DNA from: Candidatus Kerfeldbacteria bacterium
Lineage (GTDB): Bacteria > Patescibacteriota > Patescibacteriia > SBBC01
Reading direction: 5' to 3'
Assembly (NCBI GenBank): GCA_016207275.1
Contig: JACQPY010000005.1
Span: 1-43,314 of the forward strand
Length of the DNA: 43,314 nucleotides
Below the pieces are notes generated by a model. That model saw only the letters and a list, made by a program, of their open reading frames with translations, was not told where the DNA came from and searched no databases. The position numbers and the translations under genes are program-made. Each line of letters starts with the position of its first letter. The stretch's first letter is position 1. Below, one piece after another: positions 1-7,502 of the stretch.

Positions 1-136
1 GGCCGATGCCGATGCAGGCCGCCATCACCAGGATCGATCCGCCTTCGAGACGAATGAACCCCTTGATTCGCTCACGCCACCCCGACAGCGGGATGTGCTC
101 TTCGATGGTATTGCGCATCTCCTGACGCCAATTCAT
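1..136 (-). CDS. hypothetical protein, N-terminal part only (gene runs off the window start)
   Basis: ATG at 136-134 with AAGGAG about 7 nt upstream. The frame stays open to position 1 (MNWRQEMRNTIEEHIPLSGWRERIKGFIRLEGGSILVMAACIGIG). It is missing from the ORF track only because it is truncated. Confidence 0.4.
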   Translation of the reverse strand, partial: MNWRQEMRNTIEEHIPLSGWRERIKGFIRLEGGSILVMAACIGIG

Positions 137-149
137 AGGGTGCTCCTTT

Positions 150-1031
150 TTACCTGCCGAGCAACACTGCTCGGGCGATAGTCCAGAACAGTTGCGGGTT
201 CTCGTTGAATCGTCTGAGTGAATACTCGAACCACTGCTGGCCGAACGGTACATAGACGAGCACCGGGTGTCCGTCAGCGAGCAGTCGCTGCGTGCGTTCC
301 GGACGAACGCCGAGCAGCACTTCGAACTCGTACTTCGATCGCGGGATGGAGAAGTCCTTGATCAGGCCCTGTCCCGCGGTCAGCAAAACCTCGTCGTGCG
401 TCGCCAGCCCGACAAAGCAGCCAGCGGCCAGCAGCAGCCGACAGATACGCCGGTAATGCCGTTGAATCTCCCGTCGGTTTTGGTAGGCGACGGCCGGCGA
501 TTCCCGGTAGGCGCCCTTGCAGACGCGAACATTGGCACCAACGGTGACCAAGAGTTCAGCATCTCGCCAGCTCCGACGGAGCATGGCTTGGAGCACCACG
601 CCGGTATTTGGATACCGCTGTTGAAGCACGCGGTAGGCTTCGAGCGTGCAGTGCGTGCACGATGAATCTTCCATGTCCCAACGGACGAACGTGCCGAGCG
701 ATTCAGCCCGAGCCAGCAACGCTCCGGCGCGGTCCAGGAAGGCGTGGTAGTGAAGCTTGAGTCCAAGCTGCGACGGTTTGACCGACAAGCTGGCTCGCAG
801 CCGTAAGGTGCGAATCAGCTCCAGTACCTGTTGGTACATATGCAGCGCTTGATCGCAGTCGGCCAGCGTCGTCGCGTGTTCACCGAGGTACGAGACGGCC
901 GTGGTGAATCCTACGTCATTGAGTGACCGAATCGTCGCGACGGCGTCAACCAGCGTCGGTCCGGCAATGTAGCGACGGGCCACCTGCCAAACCAGTTTTT
1001 TTGGCGCGACTCTCAGGACGCGAGCAATCAC
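150..1031 (-). CDS. proline dehydrogenase (monofunctional, PutA catalytic-domain family)
   Basis: 293-aa ORF with family-typical blocks SVKPSQLG, VRVCKGAY, GLATHD, FEVLLGV and VYVPFG..W..Y..RR. GTG start lies 7 nt after AAGGAGGG. Confidence 0.8.
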   Translation of the reverse strand: MIARVLRVAPKKLVWQVARRYIAGPTLVDAVATIRSLNDVGFTTAVSYLGEHATTLADCDQALHMYQQVLELIRTLRLRASLSVKPSQLGLKLHYHAFLDRAGALLARAESLGTFVRWDMEDSSCTHCTLEAYRVLQQRYPNTGVVLQAMLRRSWRDAELLVTVGANVRVCKGAYRESPAVAYQNRREIQRHYRRICRLLLAAGCFVGLATHDEVLLTAGQGLIKDFSIPRSKYEFEVLLGVRPERTQRLLADGHPVLVYVPFGQQWFEYSLRRFNENPQLFWTIARAVLLGR

Positions 1032-1070
1032 GGCCAGACCCTCCTTTCTGGTGGGTTGATGGCAGTCGTT

Positions 1071-1940
1071 TTAAGACGTGTTGTCAGGGAGCCGAGTAGC
1101 TTCCTGGACTCCTTCGAGCGCCTGACGAAGCCGACGTTCGTAACGGGCACGATACTTGGTAGACAGGCGTTTCGTCAGTTGACTGATCGGCACATGCATC
1201 CAAGTATGGATTGAGTCGGCAAGCGGCTTCTTGTCGATCAGCCGAACCCGAATCATTGTTCTGGTCTCAACCTCAACGAACACACGTCCGGGATAGAGCT
1301 CGATCAGCCGATTCAGAGTCTGACTCTTCCGGGTGTAGAGCGCGTCGACAGCCTCGCCGTACGATCTCTTGTACTGTAGTGCGTGAGCCCAACGGTTAAG
1401 CCAGTGGGCGTAGGTGAAGAGCGCGCGATGTGACGGCTTGAGGTCCCCGATTGATAACGACATCAGCCGATCAAGAATTTCCACAACCCGTTCCTGGTCG
1501 AGCCGCTCCGGAAACTTGACGGTTGTCCAAAAGCCGTCCCAGGATGCCTCCGGATCTTCTGTCTGAGCCTTAGCTTCAGTCTGTTCAAGCTCTTCTTCTG
1601 TGTCCGGCGTCGGCAGCGAAGACGGAACGAGCTCGGGGAAGCGCTCAATCAACGATCCGTGCAGGTCTTGGAGTCGCGGGTGATCGACCGTGTCGAGGAT
1701 GGCCGAAAGATCCCGCGCTTCGCCAACGGTCCGAACGCGAGAGGCGCTCAGTTTTTCCAACCTCTTGACCAGTCGCCCCTGTGCTTGCGGCGGTAGCGCG
1801 GTCCACACACCTTGCTGGAAGAACCCCAGCATTCTGGAGATGGATCCGTCAGTAATGATTCGCTGAGCGTCAGACTGGTAACCAGCCATGAACTTCATAA
1901 ACCGAAACCTGAGACTTGCCTCCGTTGTCCTAGGCGGCAT
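1071..1940 (-). CDS. hypothetical protein, no recognisable family
   Basis: 289-aa ORF with an ATG start, GAAAGG upstream and an acidic central linker. It is co-directional with and closely spaced to the proline dehydrogenase gene. Confidence 0.55.
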   Translation of the reverse strand: MPPRTTEASLRFRFMKFMAGYQSDAQRIITDGSISRMLGFFQQGVWTALPPQAQGRLVKRLEKLSASRVRTVGEARDLSAILDTVDHPRLQDLHGSLIERFPELVPSSLPTPDTEEELEQTEAKAQTEDPEASWDGFWTTVKFPERLDQERVVEILDRLMSLSIGDLKPSHRALFTYAHWLNRWAHALQYKRSYGEAVDALYTRKSQTLNRLIELYPGRVFVEVETRTMIRVRLIDKKPLADSIHTWMHVPISQLTKRLSTKYRARYERRLRQALEGVQEATRLPDNTS

Positions 1941-2169
1941 GATGGACCTTTCTATGTTCAGGGTTATTAAGTTGTCAGGGAGCAGGCAAAACCCCGTCCC
2001 TCCGCTGTGAGTTTCGCAGGTACTCTACTCTACGAATGCGCCGTAATGCAAGTTTGTCGTTTGTTTGTCCACAAATTTGTGGAAAAAGCGTGTTCATAAG
2101 GTGTGTGCAACCGGACTTGCGCCTAGTTTTAGGCATGCGGTATGCTGTTTTTGTTCTGTGCGGTGCGTG

Positions 2170-2362
2170 CGTGGATCCTTCTCCAAAAAGGAGTAATCCC
2201 GAAAGGGAAAGCTTCTCGAGGAGATCGAGGCGCGAGCCCCGAGGCTCAAGTTTCGAGGGCGCAAGCTCTCGAAATCCATAGCCCAGAGGCCTCAGCCCTG
2301 GATCCACCGCGCTACCGCGCAGCACGGGCCAAACCACTCTGTGGCGAGGCCCTTTTTCTTTG
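2170..2362 (+). ncRNA. candidate structured small RNA, class unknown
   Basis: Lies in a 516-nt gap with no credible ORF. A long-range stem GTGGATCC (2171-2178) / GGATCCAC (2300-2307) encloses several hairpins. Two have plus-strand GNRA loops (TCCC-GAAA-GGGA and GC-GCAA-GC). The region ends in a stem plus TTTTTCTTT. Confidence 0.3.
2326..2362 (+). terminator. putative intrinsic terminator of the candidate sRNA
   Basis: GGGCC (2326-2330) pairs with GGCCC (2348-2352), with an inner CCAC/GTGG pair, followed by TTTTTCTTT. Confidence 0.4.
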
Positions 2363-2403
2363 GAAAAAACGAAACAGGCCCTTGACGATTTTCGCCGAGG
2401 GCC
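2356..2403 (-). terminator. putative intrinsic terminator downstream of punA
   Basis: On the minus strand GGGCC...GGCCC is followed by TGTTTCGTTTTTTCC. The stem is short (5-7 bp) and the loop is 17 nt, so this is a weak call. Confidence 0.35.
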
Positions 2404-2456
2404 CGTGGTTTTCTCGATAATGAGCAGCCTCCAAGGTTCAGTAGTAGGATGAATGG

Positions 2457-3281
2457 TTACAGCCGGTTGATGACCTGAGCGAGCTGCAGAGCCAGCGTGC
2501 TCGCGGTCTGTCTGACGACTGCCAACACGTCGCCGTGACTGGTGAGCTCTCCGGCCGAGTCTGTGACGATCGACAGGCCGAGGACTTCCATCTTCAGATC
2601 ACGCGCCGTCAGTGCTTCGGTGGCGATGGACATGCCGACGATGTCGACACCCATTCGCCGCAGGAACTCGGCCTCGGCCGGCGACTCGAAGTGCGGACCG
2701 CGAACCTGCGCGTAGATGCCTTCCGGCAGATTAAGTTCCCGGCATGCCCCTCGCAGTCGCCGTGAGTAGACCTCGTCGCACTGCAGAAAGTTCGGACCGG
2801 CGAGCGGCGAGGGGACGAAGAAGCTGACGTGATCCTTGATCAGGACGGTCGTGCCGGTCGGCATGGCCGGGTTGAGGCCGCCGACCGCGTTGGTCAGAAT
2901 GATGCTCGTGCAGCCAGCCGCGGCCGCAGTTCGGACGGCGTGGACTGTTGCGGCCACAGGCAGGTTGTGACCGTCCTCGCCTACCTCGTACAGATGCTTC
3001 CGTCCGAGGAAAGCCAAGACCCGCTTGTCTTCGGCTCTGATGCTCCGAATCCGACCGGCGTGTCCCTCCACGCCAGACGGCAGGAATCCGGGCAGCTCGG
3101 CGGCCGGAAAGTCGAGCGCCATTTCCCCGAGATACGGTGCGACCACGTCCCAGCCGCTGCCGAGGATGATGGCGACGTGGTGCTTGACGACACCGGTACG
3201 ACGTTTGAGCTCGGCCGCGGCCTGGCTCGCCGCCGCGATCGGGTTGCGTTTGAGTAGATCCAGCGTCTCTAGCGTACTCAT
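2457..3281 (-). CDS. punA: purine nucleoside phosphorylase (trimeric PNP/MTAP family)
   Basis: 274 aa with AIILGSGW, GHAGRI, LGRKHLYE, TNAVGGLN and VGMSIATEA blocks typical of PunA-type phosphorylases. Confidence 0.85.
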   Translation of the reverse strand: MSTLETLDLLKRNPIAAASQAAAELKRRTGVVKHHVAIILGSGWDVVAPYLGEMALDFPAAELPGFLPSGVEGHAGRIRSIRAEDKRVLAFLGRKHLYEVGEDGHNLPVAATVHAVRTAAAAGCTSIILTNAVGGLNPAMPTGTTVLIKDHVSFFVPSPLAGPNFLQCDEVYSRRLRGACRELNLPEGIYAQVRGPHFESPAEAEFLRRMGVDIVGMSIATEALTARDLKMEVLGLSIVTDSAGELTSHGDVLAVVRQTASTLALQLAQVINRL

Positions 3282-3778
3282 CTTGCCATCCCGTGAGGAG
3301 CGACCACGCGCTTCCCGTTGCCCAGTACCTTTTTGGTTCCGAACGAATGCGGGGCCAGCGTGGCGAGTGTCTTGTAGATGATTCGCTTCCGGTCAGGTCC
3401 GGCAAAGCCAACGATCCTGATGCCCAGACCGAAGTCCGTTAGGAACTGCCGGCACTGGAGGCAGGGCCAGGGATCGGTCGGATTCTTGACCTGGAAGATG
3501 GCCAAGGCTTCGATGAAGCCGTCCTTGGTCAAGTCCCTACCGAGGGCCCGCTCAAGCGCGCCGTCGGCAATGGCCGTACAGACCGCTACTTCTTCGGCGT
3601 GCACCGTTTGCGACAAGGCGGCGTTTTCGACGTTGCAGCCCGGGTAGAAACGGCCGTCGAAGGTGAGCACGGCCGCCCCGACCGGGTAGTCGGAGTACGG
3701 CCGGTAAGCGAATGGCGCAGCTGATCGCGCGATGTCGATGAGCTGGCGGTACTGCCCTAACTTCACTTGGCTAAGCAT
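3278..3778 (-). CDS. cdd: cytidine deaminase
   Basis: Zinc motifs HAEE and PCLQCRQ are present. I chose the start at MLSQVKL (ATG 3778-3776) rather than the longer ORF-track start at 3859. The stop overlaps the punA start by 4 nt. Confidence 0.8.
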   Translation of the reverse strand: MLSQVKLGQYRQLIDIARSAAPFAYRPYSDYPVGAAVLTFDGRFYPGCNVENAALSQTVHAEEVAVCTAIADGALERALGRDLTKDGFIEALAIFQVKNPTDPWPCLQCRQFLTDFGLGIRIVGFAGPDRKRIIYKTLATLAPHSFGTKKVLGNGKRVVAPHGMAR

Positions 3779-3907
3779 GGTCTGCCTCGCAGGCGGAAGG
3801 GGTTGTTGATTCGGGTTGTGAGGGAGCAAAGCAGCCGCCCCCTCCGGAAAGCCGCGCAAGCACTCTACAGAAAGTTTCGGTGAATGGCAAGCTCACCGAA
3901 ACAGAAC

Positions 3908-3935
3908 TTGAAAAATCGAGAAAACGTGATATGCT
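3908..3935 (+). promoter_or_regulatory. sigma70-like promoter of the tRNA-Leu operon
   Basis: TTGAAA (3908-3913), 16-nt spacer, TATGCT (3930-3935). The predicted start is just upstream of element A. Confidence 0.4.
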
Positions 3936-3948
3936 ACTGTACTGGACT

Positions 3949-4023
3949 GCGCGCGGATGTGACCAAACTGGCATACTCCGCAGTTGTTCTCACTTTGATC
4001 GAACAGTGCGGGGCAGGCGCGCC
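3949..4023 (+). ncRNA. tRNA-derived structured element A (not a canonical tRNA)
   Basis: GCGCGC/GCGCGC closing stem, a D-loop-like AACTGGCATAC block, a 13-bp hairpin CTCCGCA-GTTGTTC / GAACAG-TGCGGGG and an 11-nt loop TCACTTTGATC. There is no T arm. Confidence 0.4.
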
Positions 4024-4035
4024 AGGATGGGTGGT

Positions 4036-4106
4036 GCGCGAGTGGCGGAACTGGCATACCCCGCACAACTCCTCGCAGAGCTCGGAGTATGCGGGGCGCA
4101 GCGCGC
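4036..4106 (+). ncRNA. tRNA-derived structured element B (paralogue of A)
   Basis: GCGCG/CGCGC closing stem, TGGCGGAACTGGCATAC (near-identical to the D arm of the adjacent tRNA-Leu), hairpin CCCCGCA-AACTCC / GGAGT-TGCGGGG and an 11-nt loop TCGCAGAGCTC. Confidence 0.4.
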
Positions 4107-4121
4107 TAGTGAGCAGTTGGT

Positions 4122-4208
4122 GCGGACGTGGCGGAATTGGTATACGCGCCAGCTTGAGGGGCTGGTGGTCGCAAGACCTTGGAGGTTCGAGTCCTCTCGT
4201 CCGCACCA
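4122..4208 (+). tRNA. tRNA-Leu (anticodon GAG), class II, CCA encoded
   Basis: Manual cloverleaf: acceptor GCGGACG/CGTCCGC, D arm GCG-GAATTGGTATA-CGC, anticodon arm CCAGC-TTGAGGG-GCTGG, long variable arm TGGTCGCAAGACCTT, T arm GGAGG-TTCGAGT-CCTCT, discriminator A followed by CCA. Confidence 0.9.
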
Positions 4209-4232
4209 ACTGCTTAGAAAGCGCAAGCTTGC

Positions 4233-4260
4233 CTGTCCCGAGCGGAGTCGAGGGAAGGGG
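4233..4260. repeat. solo left-half copy of the CTGTCA..CCGAGCGGAG palindromic element family
   Basis: CTGTCCCGAGCGGAGTCGAGGGAAGGGG resembles CTGTCATCCCGAGCGGAGCGAGGGATCTCC at 32348-32377. Confidence 0.5.
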
Positions 4261-4286
4261 CTAATGCCCGCAAGGGCTTGAGGGTT

Positions 4287-4325
4287 TCCCGCCACCTTGA
4301 TTCAAAAACTCAAATGACGGCGGGA
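4287..4325 (+). repeat. REP-like hairpin, family TCCCGCC-N25-GGCGGGA (copy a)
   Basis: 7-bp stem TCCCGCC/GGCGGGA with loop ACCTTGATTCAAAAACTCAAATGAC. Related copies lie at 11774-11811 and 22125-22163. Confidence 0.6.
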
Positions 4326-4340
4326 TCCCGTCGGACCTGT

Positions 4341-4356
4341 CCCGTCGAATGACGGG
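4341..4356. repeat. short hairpin CCCGTC-GAAT-GACGGG
   Basis: An identical 16-mer recurs at about 42517-42532 in the rRNA leader. Confidence 0.5.
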
Positions 4357-4520
4357 ATGGCGGGACAAATCCCTCCTCGCGCACCACCCGCTCTGGATAG
4401 CCAGCTTGCTTGCCCCGCACCTGAGTCGTCTCATCTGCGCTATGGTGGCATTCGTCAGTTAATCGCTGGTGGCGGAATAGCAAAAACAGCCGAACGTCGC
4501 GCGGCCGAGGTCAGGCGGAG

Positions 4521-4859
4521 TTATTTGTTACGCTCAAGTTTTTCCAAGCCGTGCGTGCGCAGGTAGTTGAGCTTGGCGCGGCGGACCTTGGCTTGGCGGA
4601 CGACTTCGAGCTTGGCAATGTTTGGCGAGTGAAGCGGAAAGATTTTTTCAACGCCAATGCCCTCGGATACCTTCCGAACCGTCATCGTGCCGTCGAGTCC
4701 GCGCCCGCCGGACCGGCCGATGACAATGCCTTCGAAAATTTGAATACGCTCTTTCTCACCTTCCTTCAGTTTCTGGTGGACGCGAACCGTCGCGCCTGGC
4801 CGAACGTCCGGCAAGTCAGCTTTTAATTTCGGTTGGTTGATTGCTTGAATGGTGACCAT
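4521..4859 (-). CDS. rplS: 50S ribosomal protein L19
   Basis: The 112 aa from MVTIQAINQ (ATG 4859-4857) match L19 throughout ([38 protein letters not shown]). The longer ORF-track N-terminus was rejected. Confidence 0.9.
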   Translation of the reverse strand: MVTIQAINQPKLKADLPDVRPGATVRVHQKLKEGEKERIQIFEGIVIGRSGGRGLDGTMTVRKVSEGIGVEKIFPLHSPNIAKLEVVRQAKVRRAKLNYLRTHGLEKLERNK

Positions 4860-4886
4860 GGTGAACGCAAAAATACGAGCGGAGTG

Positions 4887-4915
4887 AGTATAGCGGCGGC
4901 GAGGTTTTACGTCAA
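4887..4915 (-). promoter_or_regulatory. sigma70-like promoter for rplS
   Basis: On the minus strand: TTGACG, 17-nt spacer, TATACT, about 28 nt upstream of the rplS ATG. Confidence 0.45.
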
Positions 4916-4941
4916 GGAAGTAAGATTTCAGACCGGAGTGT

Positions 4942-6042
4942 TCAGGTGAGTCCTGATTGAAGGTACGCTTTAAGCTCTCTCGGCAACGGCGCCTCGAACT
5001 CCCGCGTCGTGCCATCGAGATCCTGAAACTTTAGCCGGGCAGCATGAAGCCAAGGCCGCGACAACGTTGTCGATTTCCGGCGAGCTGGCTTGGTCGTGTA
5101 GACCGTGTCACCGACAATCGGATGACCAAGGGCTTTAAGGTGAACGCGGATTTGGTGCGTTCGGCCGGTTTCGAGTTGAATACGAAGTAGGGCGTTGCCG
5201 TTGAAGACGCGTTCGACGGTGTAGCGAGTAACGGCTTGCCGACCGCGCTCCTCCCCTCGGCTTCGCCGTATCCCCTCCCCCTTCGGCCTCCCGTTCAGGG
5301 TCTGAGGACCCCTCAGGGTCTCGAACGACGAGCTCATCTCGATGCCGAGCCCTCGATGCCGAGGCAGGGCCGAGAGGTCAGGCAGGAGGGGAAGCGCGCG
5401 CATGCGGCCATGCTGCCGCCTTGACCGTTCAATCCGAAAGTTAATGGTGCCTGATCGTTGCTTTGGTACACCGTGAACCAGGGCGAGGTATTCTTTCTCG
5501 ACGGTCCGGTTTTTGAACTGTTGCTTGAGATGCTTGAACGATGTCTGGGTTTTGGCAATGACCATCACTCCGGAAACGTCGCGATCAAGGCGGTGGACAA
5601 TCCCCGGCCGGATCGCCGGATCGTCGCCGACGGTCGTGACCGACGGCGCGCGCTTAACCAACCAGTCAATCAGCGTTGGCCCATGGACACCGGCGCCGGG
5701 GTGGACGATTAAACCGGCCGGTTTATTGACAACCAGCAGCCGCTCATTCTCAAACAGAACGGTCGGACTTGGCGCGGCCGCCGCCGGCAACGGCTGAGCA
5801 GCGACTTCTTTGATTAATACCCGATCGCCGTCTTTGAGCAGACGGTGGGCTGATACGATTCGGCCGTTGAGCAGAATTGCGCCGGCTTTAATGAGCTTCT
5901 GCAGCTGGCGGCGCGAATAGGCGGGGAGCCGGCGGGTCAGGTAGCGGTCAAGCCGTTCACCGCCATCAGTGGCGGATAGTTCAGTGGGCATGACGTTTAC
6001 GAACGAACGCTTCGGCTTCGGCGCGGGTGGAAACTTTTCCAC
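4942..6042 (-). CDS. rluD: 23S rRNA pseudouridine synthase, RluA/RluD family, with N-terminal S4 domain
   Basis: S4-like RLDRYL..., catalytic [12 protein letters not shown], and C-terminal GRTHQIRVH and LHA blocks. An alternative start at ATG 5991 (MPTEL) is possible. The gene carries an in-frame insert of about 53 aa (see repeat 5242-5400). Confidence 0.85.
   Translation of the reverse strand: MEKFPPAPKPKRSFVNVMPTELSATDGGERLDRYLTRRLPAYSRRQLQKLIKAGAILLNGRIVSAHRLLKDGDRVLIKEVAAQPLPAAAAPSPTVLFENERLLVVNKPAGLIVHPGAGVHGPTLIDWLVKRAPSVTTVGDDPAIRPGIVHRLDRDVSGVMVIAKTQTSFKHLKQQFKNRTVEKEYLALVHGVPKQRSGTINFRIERSRRQHGRMRALPLLPDLSALPRHRGLGIEMSSSFETLRGPQTLNGRPKGEGIRRSRGEERGRQAVTRYTVERVFNGNALLRIQLETGRTHQIRVHLKALGHPIVGDTVYTTKPARRKSTTLSRPWLHAARLKFQDLDGTTREFEAPLPRELKAYLQSGLT
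5242..5400. repeat. palindromic-element-like insertion lying in frame inside rluD
   Basis: The insert encodes [53 protein letters not shown], placed between conserved RluD blocks that are normally separated by only a few residues. The DNA holds CTGAGG/CCTCAG and CCTCGGC/GCCGAGG inverted repeats and a CCTTCGG..TCAGGGT motif like the 32.3 kb and 34.4 kb elements. Confidence 0.5.
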
Positions 6043-7438
6043 TCAGCTGAGCGTCGCGTAACTCCTGGAGCAGTTGACCAATCCGCGGACCGCCAGCAAT
6101 ACCGAGCAGCCGCATGATATCGTCACCGCTCAGGAGCGTCTTGACGCGTTGGCCTTCGTAGCCGATGGCCTGCAGCTCGGCGAGTTGCCGTCGCAGTTGG
6201 GCGAAGCGTTTCGGCTCCTTAAATTGGCGACCAGCGTTGACGGCGTCGGGACCGAGCGAGGCGCGGCTGTCGGCCCAGGTCAGCTGTAGCAGCAACGGGC
6301 CGCGGACCGGCCTCAAGTACGTCTGCTCGAGCGTCGACGGCTTGATTGAATCGAGGTTGAGAATGTCGAGGTGGTGTTCAATGCACCAAACAATCATGTC
6401 GAGATCAACGCCAGCCGCATCGAGGCGGAGACGCTGGCCAATCTCGTCAGCAAGCTGGGCGCCGACCGGGGCATGGCGATCAAAACGGATGCGGTCGACA
6501 TGGTCGCGCTCCGGCGTTTTCTGGGTTGGCGGCTTGCCGACATCGTGTAGGAGCACGGCGACGACGAGCTGCGGCGTAAGGGTTGCTTTCGGAAAGGTTT
6601 GGGAAAAGCCCGGGTCAGTCAGCGCCATCAGGGCCAAGCGCGTATGTGTCCAGACATCGCCTTCGGCATGGAACTCGGCAGGCTGCGCGCAGCCTTTCAT
6701 GGCCGTTACTTCGGGAATTAACGTTTGAAACAAACCGTGATCATCCCACAGGTCAAAGGCTCGAACCGGATTAGCAACGAACGCCCGAGTCAGTTCGTGG
6801 GCAATGACCTCGCGCGGGGTGATGGCTTGATCGTTCAGGAGAGGCAGCTTTTCCGACATCGCGTCGGCGGTGACTGGCTCAATGGTGAAGTTGAGCTGAA
6901 CCGCAAAACGGACTGCGCGCAGGATGCGGGTGGCGTCCTCTTGAAAGCGCTCGCGCGGATCGCCGACCGCCCGGACAAGATGCTGGGCGAGGTCGGCCTG
7001 ACCGCCAAAAGGATCAACTAGTCGTTGTTTGCGTATATCCCAGGCGATGGCGTTGACCGTCAGGTCGCGGCGGGCCAGGTCGGCTTCAATCGGCAGATCT
7101 GGATCGGCCGTGATAGCGACGTCGCGGTAGCGGCCGGTGCGGAAACTCTGATCGGTCCGCGGCAGGGCCACGTCGAGCTCGCGGCCTTCAGCCAGCCAGA
7201 CCTTCAAGACACCGAACCGTTTGCCGACGCGATCAACCCGACCCAGCCGTTTTAGCACATCTTCAACCTGGTCGATCGGCAGGCCGCGAATAATCACGTC
7301 GACGTCGGTGAATGGCCGACCGAGCAAGGCGTTGCGAACCACCCCGCCGACGGCAAAGACTTCAGCCCGGGGCATCGACTCGAACAAGCTGGCCAAGGTC
7401 TGCACCAGCGGGTGTTGCTTGAGGGTGGTTAGCGGCAT
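5981..7438 (-). CDS. cca: CCA-adding enzyme / tRNA nucleotidyltransferase with HD domain
   Basis: Start chosen at MPLTTLKQ (ATG 7438-7436). Motifs GGVVRNALLGRPFTDVDV and an HD block (LLHDVGKP) are present. The 105 upstream codons of the ORF-track entry overlap the neighbouring gene and have aberrant composition. Confidence 0.8.
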   Translation of the reverse strand: MPLTTLKQHPLVQTLASLFESMPRAEVFAVGGVVRNALLGRPFTDVDVIIRGLPIDQVEDVLKRLGRVDRVGKRFGVLKVWLAEGRELDVALPRTDQSFRTGRYRDVAITADPDLPIEADLARRDLTVNAIAWDIRKQRLVDPFGGQADLAQHLVRAVGDPRERFQEDATRILRAVRFAVQLNFTIEPVTADAMSEKLPLLNDQAITPREVIAHELTRAFVANPVRAFDLWDDHGLFQTLIPEVTAMKGCAQPAEFHAEGDVWTHTRLALMALTDPGFSQTFPKATLTPQLVVAVLLHDVGKPPTQKTPERDHVDRIRFDRHAPVGAQLADEIGQRLRLDAAGVDLDMIVWCIEHHLDILNLDSIKPSTLEQTYLRPVRGPLLLQLTWADSRASLGPDAVNAGRQFKEPKRFAQLRRQLAELQAIGYEGQRVKTLLSGDDIMRLLGIAGGPRIGQLLQELRDAQLSGKVSTRAEAEAFVRKRHAH

Positions 7439-7502
7439 ACCGTACGTGTCGAGTATAGCAAAAAATAATGAAAACAACCGTGTCGCCTTGGATGTTTGGC
7501 GG

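Noticed and set aside
1975-2456. Possibility that this gap encodes RNase P RNA, tmRNA, SRP RNA or 6S RNA.
   Set aside because: I looked on both strands for GAGGAAAGUCC and ACAGAA (RNase P), a tRNA-like TTCGA...CCACCA end (tmRNA), and GGAAGCAGCC domain IV with a GGAA loop (SRP). I found none of these, only a partial GAGCAGCC..CCAAGG match. The region is reported as an unclassified candidate instead.
3880-4295. ORF-track entries 3880..4281, 3884..4264, 3934..4209 and 3990..4295.
   Set aside because: They run straight through tRNA-Leu and the two structured elements and overlap each other on both strands. They are artefacts of GC-rich non-coding sequence.
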